A DNA stretch of 61,290 bases from Candidatus Marsarchaeota archaeon (GTDB lineage: Archaea; Micrarchaeota; Micrarchaeia; Micrarchaeales; CABMGC01): NCBI GenBank assembly GCA_023476545.1, contig JAMCYP010000023.1, positions 1-61,290 on the forward strand, in the 5' to 3' direction. The notes under the pieces are model-generated. The model was not told where the DNA came from, ran no database searches, and worked only from the letters and a program-made list of their open reading frames with translations. The position numbers and the translations under genes were made by a program. Positions 10,282-19,337 of this stretch are shown here, piece after piece (position 1 is the first letter of the stretch; each line of letters opens with the position of its first letter).

Positions 10282-10772
10282 TAAACCACATCCATCGCGC
10301 TCTTGCTTCTGAGCTCGCGTATCGCTTCCCCTATCTTGTTTGCTATCTCTCTGTAGTCGGTCTCGTAGAGTCCTGCGGCCCATGTCATCGCATCGTACCT
10401 GTCGCCCATAGATGGAGGCTTAAGGTAGAACTTTCCTTGCGAATTCTCAACAAGCCCTATCTTCTTCATCCTGAGAAGGTGGTACCTGAGCGTCTTCTCG
10501 TTCATGCTCTCCCAGTTCTTTGTTATGTACTCCTGAAGCTCTGCAACGCTCGGGTCGCTCTTCTTCACAAACTGGAAGTTTAGCAGTGCATCGAGCACCG
10601 CAACGGAGCTCAGTCTTGACTCGCCAGGGTTTATCACCCCGAGAGAAAGCGCGAGCCACCTGGCAATAGATCTGCGAGTCTCCAGGACCTCTTTTGTAAG
10701 GCGCATATTCCTTAGCGTGACTTCCTTGTCTATCAATTCTGATTCGCTTAGCTCTGGCATGTTTTCTACCAA
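10281..10772 (-). CDS. winged-helix (wHTH) DNA-binding protein, family not assigned
   Basis: 163 aa. wHTH-like 'SVAELQEYI...NEKTLRYHLLRMKKIGLVENSQGKFYL'. TTG at 10772, or the more likely ATG at 10760 (MPELSES). Its stop overlaps the start of the downstream glycoprotein gene. Confidence 0.6.
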   Translation of the reverse strand: MVENMPELSESELIDKEVTLRNMRLTKEVLETRRSIARWLALSLGVINPGESRLSSVAVLDALLNFQFVKKSDPSVAELQEYITKNWESMNEKTLRYHLLRMKKIGLVENSQGKFYLKPPSMGDRYDAMTWAAGLYETDYREIANKIGEAIRELRSKSAMDVV

Positions 10773-10818
10773 GATATTTCTGGATGAACGCTTATATCAT
10801 TATGCCACATAAGTTTAT

Positions 10819-11076
10819 ATGCGGTTTCTGTCGTTTTCAGTTGATCTATTGCCACGGTACTACAAAGTACATGACAGCAAGCAGACAATCTTCGTCACAG
10901 TGGACGACGGCGGCGCTGTGATAATAAAGGACGAAGCCGGTAGGAAGGTCTTCCTTTCACGCTATCAGGCAAAGCTTATGAAATTTGGGATAGAGAATAT
11001 GCTCAAGAGCCTGCTGGAAGGCACTGACTCAAACGACGTTAAGATAGAGGAACTGAAAAGCCCAGAAGGCAAGTGA
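10819..11076 (+). CDS. hypothetical small protein
   Basis: 85-aa ORF directly upstream of pfdB, preceded by an AT-rich TATA-like stretch. No recognisable motif. Confidence 0.4.
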   Translation: MRFLSFSVDLLPRYYKVHDSKQTIFVTVDDGGAVIIKDEAGRKVFLSRYQAKLMKFGIENMLKSLLEGTDSNDVKIEELKSPEGK

Positions 11077-11080
11077 TTCG

Positions 11081-11443
11081 ATGGCACAACAGAAAACCCC
11101 AGAGGAAAACGACGCAGAAAAGACTGTCCGCGACTATCAGATGACTCAGGAACAGCTTCGCGCGACTTCCCTTCAGCTTGATCAGCTCCAGCTGCAGAAG
11201 GCGGAGCTCGCAAGGGCAAAGGAAGAGGTTAGCGCTTCCGGAGGCAAGGTCTACGTCACCGTAGGAGGAGTGATTGTAGAGACGGGCAAGGACAAGGCGC
11301 TTGCAGACATAAAAGAGAAGTCCGAACTTGCGGACGTAAGGATAGGCTCCTTTACTAAACAACTCAACGACCTGAAGTCGAAGGAGAAGCAGCTTGGCGA
11401 GAAGATCACGCAGATGTATAAGCAGAGCCAGGGAGTTGGCTGA
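11081..11443 (+). CDS. pfdB: prefoldin beta subunit
   Basis: 120 aa. Two coiled-coil arms flank a beta hairpin ('GGKVYVTVGGVIVETGKDKA'), the typical prefoldin-beta layout. Confidence 0.8.
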   Translation: MAQQKTPEENDAEKTVRDYQMTQEQLRATSLQLDQLQLQKAELARAKEEVSASGGKVYVTVGGVIVETGKDKALADIKEKSELADVRIGSFTKQLNDLKSKEKQLGEKITQMYKQSQGVG

Positions 11444-11449
11444 TTATCC

Positions 11450-12448
11450 ATGCGCGCCATCGACCTAGATGAGCTGTGTAGCACTCTGAAAGCAAACAAG
11501 GACAAGAGAGTAGTGTTAACGTTCCATACCATAGGGGACAGAGACGCTGTCGGGTCCGCAATGGCGCTTTCTGAATTCTTCCCGAAATCCAGCGTGGTTA
11601 CACCGGATTTCATAACCAGTAACGCAAAACGCATGCTTTCGTATCTCGGCCTTCAAGGCAGCATCAGTACAAAACTTCCAGAATCGGTAGACCTTGTCAT
11701 AGTGCTGGATGCCAACAACACGTTCGCGCTGGGGAGAATTGCAGAGCGCCTTGCGCCCTCCCTGGCCAAGATGGTGTTCATAGATCATCATGCCCTCCAC
11801 AAAGAGGAAAACATAGAAGCCAGCGTGTTCAATGACGAAACCTACAACTCTACTTCGAGCATAGTATACGAGGCTATGAAGCGTCTGGGCGCTCCGATCG
11901 GCAAGAACACCGCGGTGCTGATGCTGAACGGAATCATAGCAGACTCTGCGGGCATGCAGAACTCATCTCCCCTGACATTCAAGCAAGTAGCCGAGCTTCT
12001 AGAGATCGCAAAGATTAACTTCTCATTCTTTTCCGAATACGTCCACGAAAGCATACCCGTGAGCAACAGGCAACAGGTGATACGCGACATATCTTCAGCA
12101 AAGTCCGAAGAGGTAGGAAAGTACCTGCTGGTATACGGAAAAGCGTCAGAGCACGCCAACGTTGTCGCTGACGCAGCATTAAAGCTGGAGGCGGACGCAT
12201 CCGTGTTCTGGGTAGAGGGAAGCACAGAGGCATCAATCTCAGCAAGACTCAGACCGCCTCTTGATAAGAAACTGTCCATGCACCTCGGCCTTATAATGGA
12301 AGACATAGGGCACCTCATAGGCGGCAATGGCGGCGGGCACGCGTGCGCAGCGGGCGCTTACGGAATGAAGCGCGAGGCAGCTCAGCTTGCTGGCGAAGAA
12401 GCGGTCAAACGCATCAGGAAGATGATGGAAGCCGCACAGAAACAGTAG
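11450..12448 (+). CDS. DHH/DHHA1 family phosphoesterase (NrnA/RecJ-like)
   Basis: Motifs 'DRDAVGSAMAL', 'VLDAN', 'FIDHHALH' (DHH) and DHHA1 'GGGHACAAGA'. 332 aa. Confidence 0.85.
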   Translation: MRAIDLDELCSTLKANKDKRVVLTFHTIGDRDAVGSAMALSEFFPKSSVVTPDFITSNAKRMLSYLGLQGSISTKLPESVDLVIVLDANNTFALGRIAERLAPSLAKMVFIDHHALHKEENIEASVFNDETYNSTSSIVYEAMKRLGAPIGKNTAVLMLNGIIADSAGMQNSSPLTFKQVAELLEIAKINFSFFSEYVHESIPVSNRQQVIRDISSAKSEEVGKYLLVYGKASEHANVVADAALKLEADASVFWVEGSTEASISARLRPPLDKKLSMHLGLIMEDIGHLIGGNGGGHACAAGAYGMKREAAQLAGEEAVKRIRKMMEAAQKQ

Positions 12449-12494
12449 AGTCTACTTATTTAAGTTTTGAAATCAATGCCTATTCGGGATTCTC

Positions 12495-13700
12495 TTGAAG
12501 ATAGCAATAGCGTCAGATTTTCATCTAGGTTACGAGCGCTTCAGATCAGACGCTTTCAGGCAGGCGGAAACCGCGCTTGAGATGGCATCGAAGGAGGCCG
12601 ATGCGATAATCATACCTGGGGATATATTCGACATGCGCAATCCCAAGCCAGACGTTCTCGCAGAAGCAATCAACCTTTTCCGCAATCTCTCCAAGAAGGA
12701 GTGGAGGGCAACAGCCATCGATGTATCTGCGGCAAGCAAGGCGTACACTGACGTTCCCATACTCGCAATACCAGGAACACACGAAAGACGAGCAAAGGGA
12801 GCCGAGAACCCTGTCAATCTGCTTGGCCTTGCAGGATTGCTTGTGGATATCAGCGACGGCGCCGCAACACTGGAGAAGGACGGCGAGAAAGTGCTTGTCT
12901 ATGGGATAGGTGGCGTCTCAGAGGAACGCTTCCTCGACACGATTAAAACATTGGATCCCAAGCCGCTGGCAGGCCACTTCAGCATATTCATGTTCCACCA
13001 GTCTGCGTACGAGCTGCTGCCTTTCAGCGACGACTTCATACACCTCGAGCAGCTCCCGGAAGGATTCGACCTTTATGTGAACGGGCACATACACAACAGG
13101 GTTGAGAAGAAGGTACACGGAAAGCACTTCCTCATACCCGGAAGCACGGTGCTGACGCAGCTCAAAGACGCGGAGCAGGAGGAGAAAGGATTCTTTGTTT
13201 TTGACACCAAGGCAGGCACCTACTCCTTCCATAAGATACCTTCCAGGAGGTTTGTAGTCGTGAAGATTGAGGCCGATGGTAAGGATGCTGACGGGCTTAC
13301 GAACGACATAAAGAAAGGCATTGAGTCTGCGGTGGGGAACGACACTGGCATCCCGGTAGTCAGGGTGGAGATATCGGGCTCAATGAAGAAGGGGGTCAGA
13401 AGCATAGACCTGGACGCGCAGGGCATAATAAAGGAGCATGCAGGCAGAGCGATAGTCGAGATAGCCAAGCCCGGGGTCGAAGAGTCAATAGAGAACGATA
13501 CGGATGTCGCCTCTCTGAGGAAGGGCTCGCTGGAGAACATGTCGGTAAAGGACTACGGCCTTGGCATATTCATTGAGAAGCTCAAGAACGGCAAGTACGA
13601 CCTTGGCATAAGCCCGTCGGAGTTGTTCGAGATGCTTAGCGATGAAGGCACAAAAGAGAAGACGGTGAAGAAGGCGCTGGAGGAGCTCTTCTCAAACTGA
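12495..13700 (+). CDS. mre11: Mre11/SbcD-type DNA repair nuclease (metallophosphoesterase)
   Basis: Motif I 'ASDFHLGY', II 'GDIFD', III 'PGTHERR' (canonical is GNHD), IV 'FMFHQS', V 'GHIHN'. TTG start is forced by motif I. No rad50 adjacent. Confidence 0.8.
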   Translation: MKIAIASDFHLGYERFRSDAFRQAETALEMASKEADAIIIPGDIFDMRNPKPDVLAEAINLFRNLSKKEWRATAIDVSAASKAYTDVPILAIPGTHERRAKGAENPVNLLGLAGLLVDISDGAATLEKDGEKVLVYGIGGVSEERFLDTIKTLDPKPLAGHFSIFMFHQSAYELLPFSDDFIHLEQLPEGFDLYVNGHIHNRVEKKVHGKHFLIPGSTVLTQLKDAEQEEKGFFVFDTKAGTYSFHKIPSRRFVVVKIEADGKDADGLTNDIKKGIESAVGNDTGIPVVRVEISGSMKKGVRSIDLDAQGIIKEHAGRAIVEIAKPGVEESIENDTDVASLRKGSLENMSVKDYGLGIFIEKLKNGKYDLGISPSELFEMLSDEGTKEKTVKKALEELFSN

Positions 13701-13703
13701 GTC

Positions 13704-15131
13704 CTACTGGCTCTGGCTCCTTTTCTTGTACTCAGCGTACTCAAAGAGTGCCTCAAGCGAATCTATCGCCGCTATCGGGGACTCGTAGACAGGCACGCCC
13801 CTCTCCTCGAGCAGCCGCACCTGCTTCTTCGTGTACTCCGCACCCGTGCTGATCACGAGAAGCGGCTTGTTCAGCGTTATCTTCTTCTGCACAACCTCGT
13901 TTGTCACCGAGGGATCCGCGCCTGGAGTCTGGTACAGGATTATTACAACCACCATGTCGGTGTTCTTGTCCCTACCTACGGCATCAAGCGCATACCTGTA
14001 CCGGTTCGCGTCCGCATCTCCTGCAAGATCAAGCGGGTTGCTCATGTTAACCAGCGCTGGAAGCACCTTCCTGAGCGCCTTCTTCGTGTCCGTTTCGAAG
14101 TCAGCCACCTTGAGGTACCTGGAAGAGGCTATCTCATCTGCGGTTATCACCCCAGCGCCTCCGCCGTTGGTTATCACGGCTATCCTATTGCCTTGCGGCT
14201 TGGTCTCCGAGGCAAAAATCTTTGCGTAGTAGAAAAGTTCGCTCAGGTCGTTGGCCACGGTGAATCCAAACTGCCTGAACATAGCTTCGTGCACAGCGTA
14301 GTTGCCAGCCAGCGAGGCTGTGTGCGAATGCGCAGCTGCGGTACCCGCGCTTGTCCTGCCGGCCTTGAGGACCACCACCGGCTTTACCTTTGTTATCTTC
14401 CTGGCCAGCTCCACGAACTCCTTGCCCCTCTTTATTCCCTCAAGATAAAGAACGATGACCTTTGTCTCGTCGTCGTTCATGAGGTACTCGAGTATGTCTA
14501 CCTCGTCAACGTATGCAGCGTTGCCGTAAGATATGAACTTCGAGAGCCCGAAGCCCTCGCCAGCAATAACATCAAGCACGGTGCTTCCCACTGCGCCGCT
14601 CTGCGAGACGAAGCTCACAAACCCAACCTTGGGCTTGCTTATCTTCTTCGTAGGCAGGAAGAGCGTGTCCACCTTGGATCTTGTGTCCATGACCCCCAGG
14701 CAGTTGGGTCCAACCATCGCTATGTGGTGCTTCTTTGCAATCTCAGTTATCTTGTCCTGGAGCTTTGTCTCTCCAATCTCGGCGAAACCGCCGCTAACCA
14801 CCACGGCCGACCTGACCTTCGCCTTGCCGCATTGTTCCAGAGCCAGAGGCACGGCGGGCGCTGGTATGGCTATTACGGCGAGGTCTATCTCCGCTCCTAC
14901 GTCAGTTATCTTTTTGTAAGCCTTGAAGCCCAATACCTCTTCCGCCTTGAGATTTACAGGGTAGATCTTGCCTTCGTAGCCCGCGTTCACGTAATTCTGC
15001 AGTATCACGTTGCCGACCTTGTCGGGGTTGCGTGACGCCCCTATTATCGCCACGCTCTTAGGCTTCATCATCGGTGTAAGATCGACTCTTTGGACCATTC
15101 TATCACGTAAGTACCCGTATGTCCACCACAT
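13704..15131 (-). CDS. acetate--CoA ligase (ADP-forming), alpha subunit (CoA-binding/ligase-CoA domains)
   Basis: 'KSVAIIGASRNPDKVGNVILQN' and 'VVSGGFAEIG'. Phospho-His loop 'AAAHSHTASLAGN'. The real start is probably an internal Met at 15098 or 15071, because the ORF-track start overlaps the beta subunit gene. Confidence 0.85.
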   Translation of the reverse strand: MWWTYGYLRDRMVQRVDLTPMMKPKSVAIIGASRNPDKVGNVILQNYVNAGYEGKIYPVNLKAEEVLGFKAYKKITDVGAEIDLAVIAIPAPAVPLALEQCGKAKVRSAVVVSGGFAEIGETKLQDKITEIAKKHHIAMVGPNCLGVMDTRSKVDTLFLPTKKISKPKVGFVSFVSQSGAVGSTVLDVIAGEGFGLSKFISYGNAAYVDEVDILEYLMNDDETKVIVLYLEGIKRGKEFVELARKITKVKPVVVLKAGRTSAGTAAAHSHTASLAGNYAVHEAMFRQFGFTVANDLSELFYYAKIFASETKPQGNRIAVITNGGGAGVITADEIASSRYLKVADFETDTKKALRKVLPALVNMSNPLDLAGDADANRYRYALDAVGRDKNTDMVVVIILYQTPGADPSVTNEVVQKKITLNKPLLVISTGAEYTKKQVRLLEERGVPVYESPIAAIDSLEALFEYAEYKKRSQSQ

Positions 15132-15720
15132 CGTAGGAATCGGGTCTCACTATCACGGGATTTAGGTCTAGCTCCTTGACTTCCTTCCTCTCCGCAAGCA
15201 ACTTGGATACCTTGAGCAGCAGCGACACTATCTCTCCAGACGCCTTCCCGTTATACGTTACCACCTTCCCTGACTGCAGTTCGCCAAGCATGTCTTCAGC
15301 ATCCGCCTTTGTTATGGGGCAGAGGCGCATCTGGACGTCTTTGAACGCCTCTACATAGATGCCCCCAAGGCCTACTAGCAGCACCTTCCCGAACTGGGGG
15401 TCCGTGTCACCGCCGATTATTATCTCGACTCCCTGTCCAGCCATCTTCTGCGCGAGTATCTTGTACGGTTTCAGTGCCTTCCCGCGCCTAACAAGATCGT
15501 CATACGACTCAGCAATCTCCTTCTCGCTACCAAGATCCAGCTTTACCAGTCCCGCCTTTGTCTTGTGCAGCGCCTTCTGCGAGAGAAGCTTGAGGACGAT
15601 CCTCCCGCCAGAAGCGAATACAACAGCATCGTGCGCTGACTTCACGTACCTGCTTTCAACACTGTTTATCTTGTATCTTTCCAGGAGTTTTTTTGCCAGT
15701 GTGTATTCGAGCAGCGGCAT
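15103..15720 (-). CDS. acetate--CoA ligase (ADP-forming), beta subunit (ATP-grasp)
   Basis: 205 aa with an ATP-grasp_5-like sequence ('VLKLLSQKALHKTKAGLVKLDL', 'ELDLNPVIV'). Immediately upstream of the alpha subunit on the same strand. Confidence 0.75.
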   Translation of the reverse strand: MPLLEYTLAKKLLERYKINSVESRYVKSAHDAVVFASGGRIVLKLLSQKALHKTKAGLVKLDLGSEKEIAESYDDLVRRGKALKPYKILAQKMAGQGVEIIIGGDTDPQFGKVLLVGLGGIYVEAFKDVQMRLCPITKADAEDMLGELQSGKVVTYNGKASGEIVSLLLKVSKLLAERKEVKELDLNPVIVRPDSYDVVDIRVLT

Positions 15721-15724
15721 TATC

Positions 15725-16459
15725 TCACAAAGTGAATGGAAGAAGGCCTTGGGTTGATAGGTAATAAACAGCAGCTACTACTATGACGATCACAATTACC
15801 GCAGCCGCCACCATCCTTCCCTTCCCTCTTTTAGGCTTCTTCAGCTCTGAAGCCATCTGCCCTATCTCTGCCGCTCCAGTGTCCTGCTGCACGGCCATTC
15901 CGCTTTTTTCCACGCCCTGTATTTTGGCCGCAGGCGCAGCTTGGACGTTTTGCGTAGGCGGAATGGGCACATGTATGGCTTGCGCAGGCTTCGCCTTCAG
16001 GAAGCCCTGCTCGGTAAGCATGAGTTCAACGTTGCCGTTCTTCAGCTCGTAGCTCAAAAGCGACTGCTTGTACAGCTTGTATATCCTGAAAGCAAGGTCC
16101 TTGGCGCGTATGTTAAGCGTGCTCCTCAGCTCTGCGGGCAGCCTCTTGCCTCCGGACATCTGCTTGAGTATCTCTTCGTCCAGCCCATCCAGCGGCTCTG
16201 CGCCCTTTGCTTCGGCGTCAGCCTTGAGCTTCTTTCCAGCGTCGGTTACCACTATGCTGTTCGGTCCGGGATAGTACGCGGTGAAATCTATCAACCCCTT
16301 CTGCTTCAGCGAACCAGTTATGTTCGCGGCATCGAACACGCTCGCGTTGATCACGCTTCCAAAACGTTCAAGGGTCGTGTCCTCGCCTATCTTGAACAGG
16401 CAGGCAAGATCTAGGAAATTGACGCTTTCAGGATCAGAGGCCATGTTGTCACGCCGCAT
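15725..16459 (-). CDS. hypothetical protein with C-terminal membrane anchor
   Basis: 244 aa. Soluble N-terminal part, a Pro/Ala/Gln linker, then a single C-terminal TM 'MVAAAVIVIVIVVAAVYYL'. First gene of the string that continues into the acetyl-CoA synthetase genes. Confidence 0.55.
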   Translation of the reverse strand: MRRDNMASDPESVNFLDLACLFKIGEDTTLERFGSVINASVFDAANITGSLKQKGLIDFTAYYPGPNSIVVTDAGKKLKADAEAKGAEPLDGLDEEILKQMSGGKRLPAELRSTLNIRAKDLAFRIYKLYKQSLLSYELKNGNVELMLTEQGFLKAKPAQAIHVPIPPTQNVQAAPAAKIQGVEKSGMAVQQDTGAAEIGQMASELKKPKRGKGRMVAAAVIVIVIVVAAVYYLSTQGLLPFTL

Positions 16460-16556
16460 ACTCTTACTACGTCAAGGATTATAACCTTTACACGCCGCTG
16501 GCGTGAGCCACGCGTATAAAGCAGAATATTAATGTTGACCTACAACTAACTTTGAG

Positions 16557-17816
16557 TTGGTATTTTTGGAGCTGAATTTCCTAGGAGGCGCCAGCGAGGT
16601 TGGCAGGTCTGCAATCCTGTTCAAAGGCAGCAAGAACATAATGCTTGATTACGGGATAAAGCTCAATCACAAGACCGAGTACCCTCTGCCTCCGGGTAAG
16701 GTAGACGCATGCGTGCTCAGCCACGCCCACATAGACCACAGCGGAAACTTTCCCTTCCTGTACAACGAGGCATTTCCAACCACCTATGGCACCTCCCCGA
16801 CGAAAGAGCTGAGCAACCTGCTCGTCGAGGATTCGATAAAGGTTGGAAAGAAGAACCACCAGCCGCCAAAGTTCGGCAAGCACCAGCTCCGCACCTTCCT
16901 TGAGAGGTTCGCCCCGTACGAGTACGGCGAAGAGATAGACCTTGGGGAATACGGAATCACACTCTACGACGCTGGGCACATAAGCGGCAGCGCGGTAACC
17001 TCAATCGAGAGCAGGAAGACAGGCAAGAGGCTGGTATACACCGGCGACTTCAAGCTCGAACCGCAGATGATACAGGGCAGCGCAGACATAGTGAAGAGCG
17101 ACATACTAGTCACCGAGACCACCTACGCGAACAGAGAGCATCCAGAGAGGCAGGAACTGCTGAAGAGATTCATCGATGACGTCAAGGCAACGCTCGACTC
17201 AGGAGGCACAGCGCTAATCCCATCGTTCGCTGTGGGTAGGGCTCAAGAGATACTTGCGGTACTTCACAAGCACCAGCTCTCAGACTACGTGTTCATCGAC
17301 GGCATGGCCAGGAAAGCCACCCAGATATCGATGAGGTACCCTGAGTTCATACGCAACAATGAGCTCCTTAACGACGCGATGAAGAAGATAACCTGGATAG
17401 GCAGCGAGCAGCACAGGGTCCACGCTGTCAACGGCCCCAGCATAATCATCACCACCGCAGGCATGCTTAACGGAGGCCCGGTGCTAAACTACGTGACCAA
17501 GCTGGGGCCCAACTCAAAGATCTTCCTTACGGGATACCAGGTCGAGGGCACAAACGGCAACAGGCTCATGGAAGGCAAGCCACTTCTCATAGACGGGAGG
17601 AAGGAGAGAGTGGATACGCCATGGGTCTACTATGACTTTTCAGCGCACGCGGGCAGCGTTGACCTCTACGAATACGTGAGAAAGAGCGCCCCGGAACTGG
17701 TGGTCTGCGTCCACGGAGACCCCACCGCATCAGAATCGTTCGCGGAAAATCTGAAAGTGGAGGGATTCAAGACCGTGGTGCCAAAGCAGGGCGACAGCCT
17801 CAAGATAGATTTCTGA
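16557..17816 (+). CDS. beta-CASP MBL-fold ribonuclease (aCPSF2-like, no KH domains)
   Basis: 'LSHAHIDHSG' (HxHxDH) and 'DAGHISGSA'. beta-CASP region and C-terminal 'VCVHGD'. TTG start. A TATA-like 'TATAAA' lies at 16515-16520. Confidence 0.85.
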   Translation: MVFLELNFLGGASEVGRSAILFKGSKNIMLDYGIKLNHKTEYPLPPGKVDACVLSHAHIDHSGNFPFLYNEAFPTTYGTSPTKELSNLLVEDSIKVGKKNHQPPKFGKHQLRTFLERFAPYEYGEEIDLGEYGITLYDAGHISGSAVTSIESRKTGKRLVYTGDFKLEPQMIQGSADIVKSDILVTETTYANREHPERQELLKRFIDDVKATLDSGGTALIPSFAVGRAQEILAVLHKHQLSDYVFIDGMARKATQISMRYPEFIRNNELLNDAMKKITWIGSEQHRVHAVNGPSIIITTAGMLNGGPVLNYVTKLGPNSKIFLTGYQVEGTNGNRLMEGKPLLIDGRKERVDTPWVYYDFSAHAGSVDLYEYVRKSAPELVVCVHGDPTASESFAENLKVEGFKTVVPKQGDSLKIDF

Positions 17817-18527
17817 TCATCTCAGCCTTCCCAGTGCAGCATTCTTCTCTTCTTCGTCCATCTTCTCGGTTGTCACGCTGGCCTTCATCTTCTGGAACGT
17901 AGTCCTCGTCTCTGCAAGCTTGCCTTCATCATATGGCATGTCTGAGAACCTGGCCATCCACCCTCTCATAGTATAATCGGTGATGTCGCCTCCCACCCCT
18001 TCACGTTTTCCAGCTGCGCTCTTTCCGAGCTTGTAGTACTTTGCAGCTAGAGTTTCAGCAAGTCTGTAGCGCTGCTGCCCTGCATACTCGAATATCGCAT
18101 TCGGGCCCTCGGGCCTCGGTTCCAGGAGCACAGACAGAAGCTCCCCAGTTCCTGCTTCCAACCCTTGTTGAACCACACTGAGCCTTTCACGCCTTCCGAG
18201 GGCGTCGTATATCAGCGTTACCTCATACCCCTCCACGGTCGAGTATCTCTTGCCTATCTCTACCTCATCCCACACCTTTACAAGCCCGAATCGTTTTCGC
18301 GACACGCGCTGGGTTATGGGCTCCCCTTCGTAGTTAGCCAGGTCCCTGGCCATGCCGACCACGCCCAGGGCGAGGAAGTACGCTTCGTTCTTCTCCCAGT
18401 CGCTGCGTTTCCAACCGTTCCTCAACGTATCCATTGTGCCGTCGCTGAACCTTGTGTGCGACATCTCTTGGCTCCTGGCGGTCTTGAAGGCCATCAGCAT
18501 CCTCTGGATAAACGTGCCTTTCCCCAT
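17817..18527 (-). CDS. hypothetical protein
   Basis: 236-aa ORF with protein-like composition, downstream of the SSB gene on the same strand. No recognisable motif. Confidence 0.5.
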   Translation of the reverse strand: MGKGTFIQRMLMAFKTARSQEMSHTRFSDGTMDTLRNGWKRSDWEKNEAYFLALGVVGMARDLANYEGEPITQRVSRKRFGLVKVWDEVEIGKRYSTVEGYEVTLIYDALGRRERLSVVQQGLEAGTGELLSVLLEPRPEGPNAIFEYAGQQRYRLAETLAAKYYKLGKSAAGKREGVGGDITDYTMRGWMARFSDMPYDEGKLAETRTTFQKMKASVTTEKMDEEEKNAALGRLR

Positions 18528-18595
18528 TAAAAAAGATTTCTAGGTTTTTGTATAGCCCCGGCTAGCAGTACAAGGTTCCTAGAATCAGGGTACTC

Positions 18596-18895
18596 TTATT
18601 CTCCCTTTCCTACGACTTCGATCTTGCCGTACTTGCCGGTAGAAAGCTGCGGGTTGCCCTTGAACTCGCTCACGTATCCGTTGGTTACCTTTACCTTGTC
18701 CCCAACGCTCACGAGGTCGATGTTGCCTTCCCAGAGCGATATGGCGATGCTTCCTGTGTCGTCGCTTATTACAGCGTCTGCCACGTTCAGCCTCTTGCCG
18801 TACTTCGTGATGACCTCTCTAGGGTCACTCTTCTCTGTGATGGTGCCTTCAAGTTCTACGTTAGTAGCACCTGCCTTCAGTTCCGATATCTTCAT
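18596..18895 (-). CDS. ssb: single-OB-fold ssDNA-binding protein (crenarchaeal-type SSB core, no acidic/RGG tail)
   Basis: 99 aa. The pattern 'V-L-G-I......R-V-TK.G.R-.-A-I-D-TG-I-LWEG......GD-V-V-N......FKG..QL..G' parallels the Sulfolobus SSB OB domain as I remember it. Confidence 0.7.
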   Translation of the reverse strand: MKISELKAGATNVELEGTITEKSDPREVITKYGKRLNVADAVISDDTGSIAISLWEGNIDLVSVGDKVKVTNGYVSEFKGNPQLSTGKYGKIEVVGKGE

Positions 18896-19013
18896 TCGTT
18901 CACCGTGGATTAGAGATTGCCCGCACTGTATATTAAAGGTTTCCCGTCATCTCTTCAAAATTCCACTATTTTGGATGATGGCGTACCAGCAACGGACGCG
19001 TTGGGTCACACTG

Positions 19014-19337
19014 CTAGTAAACCTGCCCGAACGTCGCCTTTATGCTGCGTATAGTGCCCGATGTCTTTATGGTGTAGAAGCCCATCCTCCTGCCTCCCAG
19101 CCCCTTTACGAAAGCGAGGGCAAGCGCGAGGCTCCTCTCGTAGCCCCTATTCACCACCATGACAAAGACGTTGCTGCTCAGCACCGCGGCTATCTGCGGG
19201 TTTGCCTTGAAGTACTGCAGCTCGCCCAGGAACGCGCGCACACCCGCCTTGAGCTCTTCCGGGTTGCGCGGATCAGCCATACGCGCATCGGCACTCGCCT
19301 CTACGAGCACATACCTTAGCTTCTTCCTGAATATCAT
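19014..19337 (-). CDS. rnp2: RNase P protein component 2 (Pop5)
   Basis: 107 aa. 'KKLRYVLVE' ... 'FLGELQ' ... 'VFVMVVNRGYE' ... 'IKTSGTIRSIKATF' matches the archaeal Pop5 pattern. Confidence 0.75.
   Translation of the reverse strand: MIFRKKLRYVLVEASADARMADPRNPEELKAGVRAFLGELQYFKANPQIAAVLSSNVFVMVVNRGYERSLALALAFVKGLGGRRMGFYTIKTSGTIRSIKATFGQVY

Noticed and set aside
10282-10383. N-terminal 34 codons of ORF 8641..10383 (MGRRTLRDRLQRDSKQDRGSD...)
   Set aside because: It overlaps the 3' end of the wHTH gene and is Arg/Asp-rich. A GTG at 10281, immediately followed by the signal/TM segment, is the more plausible start.
17814-17819. Palindromic TGATCA formed by the abutting convergent stop codons of the beta-CASP RNase gene and the 236-aa ORF
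   Set aside because: It is a trivial consequence of two TGA stops placed back to back. There is no extended hairpin or repeat around it.
18974-18980. C-box-like GATGATG in the ssb/pop5 intergenic region (possible C/D box sRNA)
   Set aside because: It is an imperfect C box. No CUGA D box or C'/D' pair lies at a suitable distance on either strand.
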